A stretch of 64,000 nt of DNA, from positions 768,001-832,000 of the forward strand of contig CAWCKJ010000003.1 in NCBI GenBank assembly GCA_963796105.1. Direction: 5' to 3'. The DNA is from a candidate division FCPU426 bacterium (GTDB taxonomy: Bacteria > Oederibacteriota > Muellerivitia > Muellerivitales > Muellerivitaceae). Made by a program: the position numbers and the translations under genes. The notes under the pieces are model-generated. The model saw only the letters and a list, made by a program, of their open reading frames with translations. It had not been told where the DNA came from and searched no databases. Positions 41,957-50,870 of the stretch are shown here, in pieces. The first letter of the stretch is position 1, and each line of letters starts with the position of its first letter.

Positions 41957-43873
41957 CTATTGGGCCGGCAGGTACTTCATCAATTTCCGGGCCGTATCGT
42001 TTCCCCCGTCGTTTTCCAAAACCTTCTGCAGGCTTAGCCGGGCCTCGCTGTAACGGCCGGTCAAATAATACAAAACACCCAAATTGTTGTACCACTCATG
42101 ATAAAGTCCCCCGGAACGGCGGATTGCTTCCAGAAAAAAAGCCTCCGCCGCCTGGGGATGTTTCGAGAGAAGGAAAAAAGTCCCTATCCGATAGAGGGCC
42201 GGGGAATAATCGATTTTTTTATAAAACCCTTCCCAGAAGGTATCCCAGGAAGAGTGGCGGGGCAGGCGAAGCAAAGAAGTTGCTTGGGCCAGGATGGTTC
42301 CTTTCACGCCGTACTCGGCCATGAGCTTGCTGTCATCCAGCTCCGAAACCTGGGGCGTGTAGCCCTTTCTTAAATATATGACATTGAACCCATCCAGGTA
42401 AACCGGGCGCCAATCATCTGTCTTTCTCAAGTCAGACACCCATTGCCGGGAGACCTCCGGGTTGAAAAAAAGAATAACCGCCTGGTATTTATCAGCCAAT
42501 GGCAATACCCCGCCGGATCCCTGCGAACGCATGTATTCATCAAAGAAACTTTCGCCCATTACTTCCAGCCGTCCGTCCATGAAAACCTTTTGGGGCCCCT
42601 GCCAATCCAGCCATCCTCCGGAATTCAATGAATTCAAGATCCTTCCGTCCAAATGATTGTCGTTCAGGAACTTCGCGGCCCCGACGGGCTGGCTTTCCCG
42701 ATCAATCCCCCAGCCGAAACTCTCCTGGCGCGCGCTATCCATATAGAATGCATTCGTAACGACCTTGAGACAAAGGCCCAGGATCAAAATAATTACGATC
42801 CAAGCAGGTAGTGATTTGGAGAGGATACTGTCGGCAATTTCCTTTAACTTGGCCCATCTCAGAGCCTGCCAGCAGGAAGACACCAACGGCAGGCAAACGA
42901 GCAGGAAAACCGGCACGTTCCTCGCGGCAACCGCCGAGAGCCAGAAGAAGGCCACGGCCAAAAGAATTTCATGGGCCTTTCTGCGCCGAAGAGTCGCCAG
43001 TAACATGACCAGAAGAAGCAAACTAAACAGCTTATAGGCCAATGTCGGCCCATCCGGCATGGGCTGTATCTCGGAATTTACCCAGGGCGACATCAGCTCG
43101 ACAATGTTTCTGGAAAAGACTTCCGAACGCATCGTTCCCCAGTTGGCGAAGGGATAAGCCATTCCCTGGAATAAATAGGGATTCAAAAGGCTTCCCGCGA
43201 AGGCCAGGGTGCAATAACCCACCAACCTCCAATTCCAACTTCTGGAATGAATCCAACTCGAAACAATGAAAATACCCATGACAGCCCAACCCAGGACGAA
43301 AAGCCCCTCGACGTTGGTCCAGAGGATTTGGATGACCGGCAGAAGATAAAGGGGTGCCCTCTTTCCAGAGGCATGGCGCTCCAAAATAAGAATCAGCGTC
43401 CCCAGGAAGACCCAGCTGAGGATTTCGGGTCTGATCTGGAACCGGTGTTCGCAAATGTAAACTGCCAGGATCATCAAGGGGACGTTGATATAGGAGGGGG
43501 CGCCTGATAAACGAGTGCGGATATAGGTAATGACGAATACAGAGACAATCAAAGTGATATTGAATACCGAAAGAAGGGGGTAACTCCCCGCTATATATAG
43601 AAGATAAAGAAGGACCTGGTAAAGCCAATGAATGTCCAGGTATTCATTGCCGGAAACGGTGTAGGTGTAGGTATCTTGGGTGGGCACGCAATAGTTTTGA
43701 ATGATCCACTGGCCCCCTTTTAAATGAAACCCAAGGTCCAGGTCCAGGATCAGGCGGGAGCCAAGAAGGACGATCAGGAGAAAACATGACAGGAGCGCCC
43801 ATACCCACGGCCGAAGGTAAAAGGGTTTGGGTTGGGGAATATCCGCTGGATTCGTAGAAGTCGTTATTGGCAC
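41957..43873 (-). CDS. Polytopic membrane protein, GT-C glycosyltransferase-like, with C-terminal TPR
   Basis: DLDLGFHLKGGQWI early loop, many TM helices, RPE, DGR, YNNLGVLY TPR. Confidence 0.7.
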   Translation of the reverse strand: MPITTSTNPADIPQPKPFYLRPWVWALLSCFLLIVLLGSRLILDLDLGFHLKGGQWIIQNYCVPTQDTYTYTVSGNEYLDIHWLYQVLLYLLYIAGSYPLLSVFNITLIVSVFVITYIRTRLSGAPSYINVPLMILAVYICEHRFQIRPEILSWVFLGTLILILERHASGKRAPLYLLPVIQILWTNVEGLFVLGWAVMGIFIVSSWIHSRSWNWRLVGYCTLAFAGSLLNPYLFQGMAYPFANWGTMRSEVFSRNIVELMSPWVNSEIQPMPDGPTLAYKLFSLLLLVMLLATLRRRKAHEILLAVAFFWLSAVAARNVPVFLLVCLPLVSSCWQALRWAKLKEIADSILSKSLPAWIVIILILGLCLKVVTNAFYMDSARQESFGWGIDRESQPVGAAKFLNDNHLDGRILNSLNSGGWLDWQGPQKVFMDGRLEVMGESFFDEYMRSQGSGGVLPLADKYQAVILFFNPEVSRQWVSDLRKTDDWRPVYLDGFNVIYLRKGYTPQVSELDDSKLMAEYGVKGTILAQATSLLRLPRHSSWDTFWEGFYKKIDYSPALYRIGTFFLLSKHPQAAEAFFLEAIRRSGGLYHEWYNNLGVLYYLTGRYSEARLSLQKVLENDGGNDTARKLMKYLPAQ

Positions 43874-44055
43874 GGATGGATTATATCAAATGGGGTGGCC
43901 TGACCAATTCCTTAAGGGCCGTACCGGTTTAATTATTTATTTCCATTTCGGTGACATCAGGTAGACATCCATGCACTTGCGGCGTTCCGAAAAAATGGCC
44001 GATAAAACCTTTAATTAAGCGTTATATTTTATTGTCTCGCCTCCAAACCGGCTTG

Positions 44056-44085
44056 TTTTATTGTGCACAAGGGTGCACAATAAAA
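44056..44085. promoter_or_regulatory. Operator palindrome of vapBC
   Basis: Perfect 13-bp IR TTTTATTGTGCAC-AAGG-GTGCACAATAAAA. Confidence 0.7.
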
Positions 44086-44100
44086 GCGAAAGGGGATCAA

Positions 44101-44298
44101 ATGAGAACAACCGTTACACTTGAAAGTTCTGATCTTAAAAAGTTAATGAAAATCGCCAAAATCAAAACCAAGTCTAAAGCCGTTGCCTACGCCGTTGATC
44201 AAGCTCTACGGCTTCAGAACCTCGAAACGTTGGAAAGCTTGCGGGGAAAAGTCTCCATTGATAAAAAAACATTGAAATGGAGGCATCTTGCCCGTTAA
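44101..44298 (+). CDS. vapB: VapB-type antitoxin
   Basis: MRTTVTL...TKSKAV RHH-like N-terminus; overlaps the PIN toxin gene. Confidence 0.85.
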   Translation: MRTTVTLESSDLKKLMKIAKIKTKSKAVAYAVDQALRLQNLETLESLRGKVSIDKKTLKWRHLAR

Positions 44299-44692
44299 GC
44301 GTGTTTTGGTGGACACCTCTGTTTGGATTGAATATCTCCGGAATCCCGAACACCCATCAGGTCCCGCCATAGGGCACTGGATCAAGACCGGGCGCGCGTG
44401 CTCCACCGGATTGATTCTGGCCGAATTAATACAGGGCGCCCAAGGCGAGAACGACCTGCTCGCCATTGAAAGTCTTCTTGCCGCGGCAAGATTGCTTAAT
44501 CCTGCGGTTGGAACCTGGCGCCAAGCGGGGAACCTTTCCTCCCAGCTTCGAAAAAAAGGCGTTACCATCCACCTCTTCGATTGTTTGTTAGCCGCCTTAG
44601 CCATGGAAAACGGTGCGGCACTTATCAGTTACGATCGGCACTTCAATCTTATCGCGGCCCATTTTCCCCTCGAACTCGCCACGGCAATTTAG
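44288..44692 (+). CDS. vapC: VapC PIN-domain toxin
   Basis: VDTSVWI, LAELIQG, FDCLLAA, YDRHF. Confidence 0.92.
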   Translation: MPVKRVLVDTSVWIEYLRNPEHPSGPAIGHWIKTGRACSTGLILAELIQGAQGENDLLAIESLLAAARLLNPAVGTWRQAGNLSSQLRKKGVTIHLFDCLLAALAMENGAALISYDRHFNLIAAHFPLELATAI

Positions 44693-44879
44693 GGGTTCAT
44701 TTTTTAAAGGGTTATGGCTATTTTGCCTTTTTAAATAAGGAAAAATTCTTCCTTTCGGGCATCCTTCGCATATTATCCAAAGGGCAATAAGGCAAAAAGT
44801 TCCCACCCTCATCCAAGGCATCGTGCCAACGGAAAATGGGAACCATCTCTCATCGGGAAGTTCTTGGGAAAAAGCGTAA

Positions 44880-45191
44880 TCAGGTCTTTTCCACATCGAC
44901 CATGAGCTGGATTTGCTTGAGGACTCCCGCGACCTTCTCGCAGTTATCCTTGGAGCCGATGTAAGCCACCGCCTTGCCGTTCTTATGGGCGCTCAAGGTG
45001 ATCTGAGTGGCTCTTTCCAAGGAATAACCCGTGGCCTTTTGAACCTGGAGAATGACCTCGTCGAAGGTATGGAATGAATCGTTGAAAAGAACCACCTGCC
45101 AGGGATTATCGAGTTTTTCCCTCACTTGCGTCTCATTTTCGGTGTTTTCTATATGTCCTGTTTTCATCCGATCCATCCCGCCTGTTTTCAC
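44880..45191 (-). CDS. clpS: Clp protease adaptor ClpS
   Basis: VVLFND.FHTFDEV, AH..GKAV; start uncertain (45167-45191). Confidence 0.88.
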   Translation of the reverse strand: MKTGGMDRMKTGHIENTENETQVREKLDNPWQVVLFNDSFHTFDEVILQVQKATGYSLERATQITLSAHKNGKAVAYIGSKDNCEKVAGVLKQIQLMVDVEKT

Positions 45192-45528
45192 TTTCGGGGA
45201 GTGTTATAAAACAAATTGCCCTTTCCTGCCAATTTTTCCCTAAAATTTCCTAAGTTTCTGTCCGATTATTGCTTTTATAGACAATAAAAAAATCACTTCT
45301 TTAAACTGTGGGTTTCGCACCGGGATAAGTTGTTTTTGTGTTTATGGAATTAAGCATCAAGTTTTCATCCTAATTGTGCCTTTGTGGTTCTGAAAGAACC
45401 TGTGCCGATCCATCACAAAAAATTTAATGAGATCGGTACAATACCAGCCCCATTAATGTTTTATGGAAGGCTGGCATGTGGTGAAAACTTTTTTATTCTT
45501 AAATTAATTGCTCATCAGGCGGATTTAA

Positions 45529-47730
45529 ATGGCTTCTTTCTTGGCCAACCCATTCTATTGTTTCCTCGTAATGACAGGGCTCAATTCCCTGCTGGCTTAC
45601 GCACCCCTAGCTTGGCCCCTTAAACTCACGGTCTGCTTGGCAGGCTTCGGAACCCTGGCCTGGGCCTACTTGAGAAACAAGCCCCAGGTTATTCCCGGCG
45701 AGGAGCCCGTTTACAAGCGAGAAATTTTTTCACCAGCGCCCTGGCTGATAGTTTTGGCCCTCGTCCTGGCCCTGGCCGTAAGGCTTTATAAACTAACTTC
45801 ATTCCTGACCTTTCCCATCCCCGATGAGCTCATCAACGCTTACAACTCCATCCACTTGAACGGCCAATGGACCTGGAATGTGTTTTTCTACTACAGCCAA
45901 ATGCCCCCTTTCTATATCTGGCTGTTGGCCTTGGTGTTTAAGATCGGTGGAATTTCCAGCCTCAACCTTTGGCTTTTGCCGGCCCTGATTTCCTTTCTGT
46001 CCGTGATTATTTATTACAAGGCTTTTCAGGAAATTTTCTCCAGGTCTCTTTCCCTTATTTGCCTCTTTCTTTTAGCTATGGGATTTTGGCCTGTTTTCCT
46101 GGGGCGCTTTTCCCACAACGCCGTACTCATGATTCTTTGGGAGGGAGTGGCGTTATGGCTCCTGGCCAAGTTCTCAAAAGCCGACCCATCCCGAAATCTG
46201 ACAGGGTCAGTTATCGTTTTAGGTCTCTGCATGGGCTTAGGGTTTTACACTTATTTCGGGTGGGCCCTGGTCGCTCTTTGGTTTATCCCCGCGGTTTGGA
46301 AACTCTGCAAACGCGCGGGCCCCCAGGGGAAAAATTATTTTTTTCTGGGATTGGCCGCCGCTTTAGTCGTGATCCTGCCCCTAATAGGCGCGGCCGCGAA
46401 AGAAGGGTTTGGGGCTTACCTGAGGGACCTATTCCTGCCTGTCTCCAACATCGTGAACCTCCATAACTGGGGCACCTTCCAGTGGGATTACAAACAAAAC
46501 CTCTATTACCTCACCAGCTTGCTTTGGACCGGCTTCAACGGCCAATTCGCCTATAACCCCCAATGGGGGGGATTCTTGAACCCGATCCTGGGGAGTCTTT
46601 TTCTCTTGGGGTCTGCTGAAATGATCCGCCTGAGAAGGCTTCCCTTGGTGAAATGGCTCGCTTCCGGTTTCGCCGTGATTCTGGCGCCCTGCCTTCTCAC
46701 CCATGTCTCCAACTGGTACCACTTGTCAGCGCTGATGCCGCTTTTCATGGCGGTCACGGCCCTGGGATTCGGGGTGCTTTGGTCTGGACTTCCCCAAGGC
46801 AAATCTCGAATTCCCCTCATTCTGTTTTTTTCCCTGGCCTCAATCGCGCTGGATTGGACCAATCTTGAGAAAACCATGGCTGTCACGGATAAGGAATGTT
46901 CCGCACTGAACCCCACGGTTTGGGCCTGCGAAAGCCTCCAAAAAATCGCCCAATCTCACGGCCCAGGATACGTTTTCTCGGACTTTTGCCTGGACTTCAA
47001 CAATCCCGTCGTCAATTTCGTGACCGATTCTTCCAGCAAGCAGACCTACTCCTTGTTCGCCAGCCACTGGTTCCCTTGTTACATGGCCCTAGGCGTTCAT
47101 TCCTTCAACGCCCTGGTCAACCCCAACCTGACGCCGGACCAGGCAACCTGGGCCTCCATCACGACGGATGAATGGGCCAAGCCCCTATTAACCAAGTGGT
47201 TTCCAGGCGCCTTTTTTTACTCCAATCTTCACCGGGAGGAACATGCCATCTCGGATAACAGCCTCCTAGTTGTCATTCCCCTTAAGCCCGAAAACAGGAA
47301 AATATTGGAATCCTGGAAAGGAGCCGATGAGGCCTTACAGGAAGCGGATTACCAATTATTCAACCATCCCTATAGCCAGCCTTATGACAGCATCATCAGC
47401 TATCTCCAGGACCGGGAATTCCTCTTCCGAGACAATCCCTTCCTGCGGTTTTACTATTGGGGCAAACTCGCGGACCTTTATTACCTGAACAATCAATATG
47501 ACCAAGCCCTTCCCGCCTTTCAAAAAGCCCTTCAAGACGGCGCGGACGGTTTCTTGTATTACAACCTGGGGGATGTTCTGAGAATTACAGGAAGGTACAT
47601 TGAGTCGAAGCAGGCTTATCAAGAGGCGTCAAAATGGGATTCCTATTACCAGCCTTCATCTGATGTCCTTCAAAAGCTGGATGCCCTTATCAATACGTCT
47701 GCCCAAACACCAGCTTCAACTGGAAAATAG
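45529..47730 (+). CDS. ArnT/PMT-like (GT-C) membrane glycosyltransferase with C-terminal TPR
   Basis: R.Y.L...PDE, PPFY, R.S, LGFYTY, many TM helices, C-terminal TPRs. Confidence 0.8.
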   Translation: MASFLANPFYCFLVMTGLNSLLAYAPLAWPLKLTVCLAGFGTLAWAYLRNKPQVIPGEEPVYKREIFSPAPWLIVLALVLALAVRLYKLTSFLTFPIPDELINAYNSIHLNGQWTWNVFFYYSQMPPFYIWLLALVFKIGGISSLNLWLLPALISFLSVIIYYKAFQEIFSRSLSLICLFLLAMGFWPVFLGRFSHNAVLMILWEGVALWLLAKFSKADPSRNLTGSVIVLGLCMGLGFYTYFGWALVALWFIPAVWKLCKRAGPQGKNYFFLGLAAALVVILPLIGAAAKEGFGAYLRDLFLPVSNIVNLHNWGTFQWDYKQNLYYLTSLLWTGFNGQFAYNPQWGGFLNPILGSLFLLGSAEMIRLRRLPLVKWLASGFAVILAPCLLTHVSNWYHLSALMPLFMAVTALGFGVLWSGLPQGKSRIPLILFFSLASIALDWTNLEKTMAVTDKECSALNPTVWACESLQKIAQSHGPGYVFSDFCLDFNNPVVNFVTDSSSKQTYSLFASHWFPCYMALGVHSFNALVNPNLTPDQATWASITTDEWAKPLLTKWFPGAFFYSNLHREEHAISDNSLLVVIPLKPENRKILESWKGADEALQEADYQLFNHPYSQPYDSIISYLQDREFLFRDNPFLRFYYWGKLADLYYLNNQYDQALPAFQKALQDGADGFLYYNLGDVLRITGRYIESKQAYQEASKWDSYYQPSSDVLQKLDALINTSAQTPASTGK

Positions 47731-47757
47731 CCAGGATGTGATCACGTTTTGGCTCCC
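47551..47757 (+). repeat. Repeat copy 1 (native 3' end of the GT-TPR gene plus TGGCTCCC)
   Basis: Direct repeat with 48771-48978 and 49673-49861. Confidence 0.92.
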
Positions 47758-48003
47758 TGGGCTGGGCCACAGCCGGCTATTACTCATCCTTTGAAAAAAG
47801 CTTATTTCGGTCAGAATTAAATACGCCAAATATAATCCAAGAATCGTTTATGGTAACGGACACGACTTTGGCAAATCGCGGGTTGACTCGCGTTTCCCCC
47901 TCTGTGCTAAAGCACTATGTTGTTCTCATTTTTTAAATTTTATATGAGGAACAGTATGAAAGAGGGGCATTTTGGTTTGTGGGCATTTCGGTTTTAGCAC
48001 CAA

Positions 48004-48408
48004 TCAGTCAATGAACACAGAAGGCGATACGCCAAAACGATGAGCCAGCTTACGGATCTGCCTCACGTTTAATTCGCGTTTTCCGGAAAGAATCTCCGAT
48101 ACGATTCCCTGAGTACCAACTTCCTTGAGGCTTTGTTGTTTAAGTCCGTGTTCTTCCATCAAAAAAGCCAATACCTTCCGTGGCAGGGCCTTTGGAACGG
48201 CATGGTGGCTTTCTTCCCATGCGTGAACCAGGGTGGCCATGGTGTCCATTAATCCGGCGTGCGGGTGACGTTCGTTGGAACCAACCTCATCCACCAATCC
48301 GTCCAAGGATACCCGTGCCCGGCGGTAATCCGACTTTGACTTGATGACCAGTAAAGGTTGCAGTTTGTGCCAAGCCTGGCCGGCTTCTTTATCCAAAATA
48401 GGATTCAT
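48004..48408 (-). CDS. higA: HigA-type antitoxin (HTH)
   Basis: LV..WE, LMEEHGLKQ, VSEILSGKRELN, F.VSP.VF; ATGA overlap with higB. Confidence 0.9.
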   Translation of the reverse strand: MNPILDKEAGQAWHKLQPLLVIKSKSDYRRARVSLDGLVDEVGSNERHPHAGLMDTMATLVHAWEESHHAVPKALPRKVLAFLMEEHGLKQQSLKEVGTQGIVSEILSGKRELNVRQIRKLAHRFGVSPSVFID

Positions 48409-48692
48409 TTTTTCCATCCTCCCTTGCCGTACTCCGCGTGGGTCAAAATGTCGCGGATATAGAGCTTTCCGCGGTTGAAGTGAACCGCCGCGATCAGGCG
48501 ATACTTGTTGCCGCCGATATTGAACACGATCTTTCCACCGAACCAATCGGCGCTTGGAAACGTCCGGCGGAGCTCCGCGAACGACTTGAAGGCCGTCTTG
48601 CTCACGACGGAGTACCACGCCGACAACGGCATCCCGCTCTCCGGATGTAGGACGGCGAACTCATTGATCCGCTTCCGGGTGATGACATGCAT
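48405..48692 (-). CDS. higB: HigB mRNA interferase toxin
   Basis: MHVIT, FPSAD, VFNIGGNKYRLI, THAEY. Confidence 0.93.
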   Translation of the reverse strand: MHVITRKRINEFAVLHPESGMPLSAWYSVVSKTAFKSFAELRRTFPSADWFGGKIVFNIGGNKYRLIAAVHFNRGKLYIRDILTHAEYGKGGWKK

Positions 48693-48705
48693 GTTGAATT
48701 AATTA

Positions 48706-48722
48706 TATCTCAAATTGAGATA
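48706..48722. promoter_or_regulatory. Operator palindrome of higBA
   Basis: TATCTCAA-A-TTGAGATA overlapping a minus-strand TATAAT. Confidence 0.65.
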
Positions 48723-48770
48723 ATAGCAATAAAGGGCGGCCAAAAACACACATCCTTATGGGCGTATTGC

Positions 48771-48978
48771 TTCTTGAATTAGAACCCGGAGGATGTTCTC
48801 AGGATTACCGGACGATACGTCGAAGCGAAGCAGGCTTATCAAGAGGCGGCAAAATGGGATTCCTATTATCAGCCTTCAGCAGACGTCCTTCAAAAGCTGG
48901 ATGCACTTATCAACCAGGGTATCCAAACCCCTGCCACGAATGGAAAATAAATTAAGGCGTGAGTAAGGATTGGCTCCC
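48771..48978 (+). repeat. Repeat copy 2: orphan 3' end of the GT-TPR gene
   Basis: Encodes DVLRITGRYVEAKQAYQEAAKWDSYYQPSADVLQKLDALINQGIQTPATNGK*, then TGGCTCCC. Confidence 0.92.
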
Positions 48979-49027
48979 CGACATGCTCAACACCACCGCT
49001 TCGAAAATGTCAAAATGCCGGAAGCGG

Positions 49028-49285
49028 TTAGCCGGTCTTTTTCAGTCCTAATTTATGCTCAATTTTTCGGATGCGTTCTTCCAGGGTTAAATTTTCAGAC
49101 ATCGAACGCTTTAAAATCGAGTTCATAAGGGTTTGATAGGGGATTCCTTGCTTCTTGCCCTCCTCGATAAGCCAAAGGTAAACAGATTCATCTAAGCGGA
49201 AGGTTTTCTGGACCTTAACACCCTTAGAAGTTAAAAGAGGGCCCCGATGAATCTCGGCTTTTGAAAAATCATACTCTTTTTTCAT
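49028..49285 (-). CDS. brnA: BrnA-type antitoxin
   Basis: MKKEYDFSK, TFRLD, GIPYQTLMN. Confidence 0.88.
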   Translation of the reverse strand: MKKEYDFSKAEIHRGPLLTSKGVKVQKTFRLDESVYLWLIEEGKKQGIPYQTLMNSILKRSMSENLTLEERIRKIEHKLGLKKTG

Positions 49286-49541
49286 AATTTTCCCGCTCCT
49301 TTCGTGTTGCTTTTCTAGCGGAGATGATTCGGATGACATCACTCTCCCAATACGCGTAAACCACCACCAATAGGTTTAGTTTTTTCGAATACCCAAGCGC
49401 AATAAATCTTGGTTCTTGGTGTTCCTTATCTTCCAACAACAATTGAACATCGGACTCCAAGACGGTTTGAGCCTCTTCAAATGAGATCCCATGCTTTTTT
49501 TGATTGGAAATAGCTTTTCTAGGATCCCAAACGATGATCAT
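49269..49541 (-). CDS. brnT: BrnT toxin
   Basis: WD..K...N..KHGISFEEA, IRIISARKAT..E. Confidence 0.93.
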   Translation of the reverse strand: MIIVWDPRKAISNQKKHGISFEEAQTVLESDVQLLLEDKEHQEPRFIALGYSKKLNLLVVVYAYWESDVIRIISARKATRKERENYEKRV

Positions 49542-49553
49542 GTTTTAAGTATA

Positions 49554-49568
49554 AACTACAATGTAGTT
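49554..49568. promoter_or_regulatory. Operator palindrome of brnTA
   Basis: AACTACA-A-TGTAGTT adjoining a minus-strand TATACT. Confidence 0.6.
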
Positions 49569-49672
49569 ACAATGCAATATCGTTTTATTTACCGCGATGG
49601 GTTCTATTGGGTCGAGGATTGGCGCCGTAACCTTTCGGCGACGTTTCCAGCTCCCGCCACCTCGAACGCAAC

Positions 49673-49861
49673 GGGGATGTTCTGAGGATTAAGGGGCGGT
49701 ACGTCGAAGCGAAGCAGGCTTATCAAGAGGCGGCAAAATGGGATTCCTATTACCAGCCTTCAGCAGATGTCCTTCAAAAGCTGGATGCCCTCATTAACAA
49801 GACTGCCCAAATACCAGCTTCAACTGGGAAATAGCCCGGATGTGTTTACGGATTGGCTCCC
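49673..49861 (+). repeat. Repeat copy 3: orphan 3' end of the GT-TPR gene
   Basis: Encodes GDVLRIKGRYVEAKQAYQEAAKWDSYYQPSADVLQKLDALINKTAQIPASTGK*, then TGGCTCCC. Confidence 0.92.
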
Positions 49862-49950
49862 CGTAGTGGACAAGTTTCGAACCCCAATTTTTGTGGATTG
49901 ATTCCTGGATTCCCACTAAATCCAAGTTCTTCCACTCTTGAAACAGCTAA

Positions 49951-50676
49951 TCATTTGATGCCATTCTTAAACAAAAGGTCATAAAAGTAATTTGAAATCA
50001 AGTTAGCAATAACCGCAATGCAAAAAGATATTACAAAGGACCAAACGGGATACTCTTTGACGAAATCCAAAATCTTGAAAATCAAAGGTTTTTTAATACG
50101 CTTCAACTCATTAACAAATCCATCAACAAATCCTATTGGCAACGGCTTTTTTGAAAGCCTGGCTCTGCATTCTTCACAAAGACTAGCTTGTTTTGTTGAA
50201 GCGATAATATCCGTCTTAATGGGATTGAAGTCAAAAAGACAACCTCTGGTATCTTCATGATGAACGACATAAGCATTGGACGATATTTTTCTATCGAACT
50301 CCCAATACAACAGTACAATCTCGTAAACATTCAGAATAAAAAATATTTCGACCGGAATATTTTCAATTGCAAGTATGTTTGATATTTCAAAGAGAGATAA
50401 CACACAAGTTTTTTCAGAAAGACGATGAAGGTAGTAATTATCTTGAATCGGTTTATCAGTTACCCCTATCGTTATGTCCGCTTCATCTCCACCACCAACA
50501 ATTTTAGAAAGCAGTTTTTTACTATATGACCATCCATCACCATCTGAGTTCGGCAGACTTCTTTTGTAATAAATACCCTTGTCAAATTCAAAATATTCGG
50601 ATTTCCAAAGAGCAACTTTAGTTAAATCGATTGGAGGGTACCCGAGTTGAAGAAGTCTTACTTTTACTTTTTTCAT
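49951..50676 (-). CDS. Low-GC hypothetical protein with a Cys/His cluster and C-terminal TM helix
   Basis: HHEDTRGCLFDF...LCEEC; hydrophobic C-terminus; visibly AT-rich. Confidence 0.75.
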   Translation of the reverse strand: MKKVKVRLLQLGYPPIDLTKVALWKSEYFEFDKGIYYKRSLPNSDGDGWSYSKKLLSKIVGGGDEADITIGVTDKPIQDNYYLHRLSEKTCVLSLFEISNILAIENIPVEIFFILNVYEIVLLYWEFDRKISSNAYVVHHEDTRGCLFDFNPIKTDIIASTKQASLCEECRARLSKKPLPIGFVDGFVNELKRIKKPLIFKILDFVKEYPVWSFVISFCIAVIANLISNYFYDLLFKNGIK

Positions 50677-50870
50677 CTCGCCTCCCCATTCCGTTCGATT
50701 TGCGAATCGTCAAATTTGAGGTAATGCGTTCCTAAAGCCACCTTTTGAACCGCTAATCTAAAACGCACACCCATTTTACACCTTCGGGTCGCCAGTAAAT
50801 TTAAGTATCTACGACTAACTCGAGCGGTAAACCAGAAGTTTGGTTAAGCCCTTGTACTTAATAAATTCCC

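Noticed and set aside
48409..48618. N-terminal extension of HigA in the ORF track (204 aa)
   Set aside because: It overlaps higB; ATG 48408 gives a normal-length HigA with ATGA coupling.
48985..49033. Integron attC after brnA (GGCTAAC...GTTGAGC on minus, with an internal stem)
   Set aside because: Only 49 bp, lacks the spacer between the R and L boxes, has no equivalent after the other cargos, and no intI is present; more likely a simple hairpin.
47569..49834. Diversity-generating retroelement (VR/TR pair)
   Set aside because: Mismatches among the copies are not adenine-specific and many are synonymous; no reverse transcriptase is in the window.
47551..49861. CRISPR array
   Set aside because: Repeats of ~190 bp with kb-scale gene-bearing spacers; no cas genes and no short regular repeats anywhere in the window.
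49854..49930. tRNA gene on the minus strand
   Set aside because: Only T-loop-like and CCA-end-like pieces; no cloverleaf could be folded.
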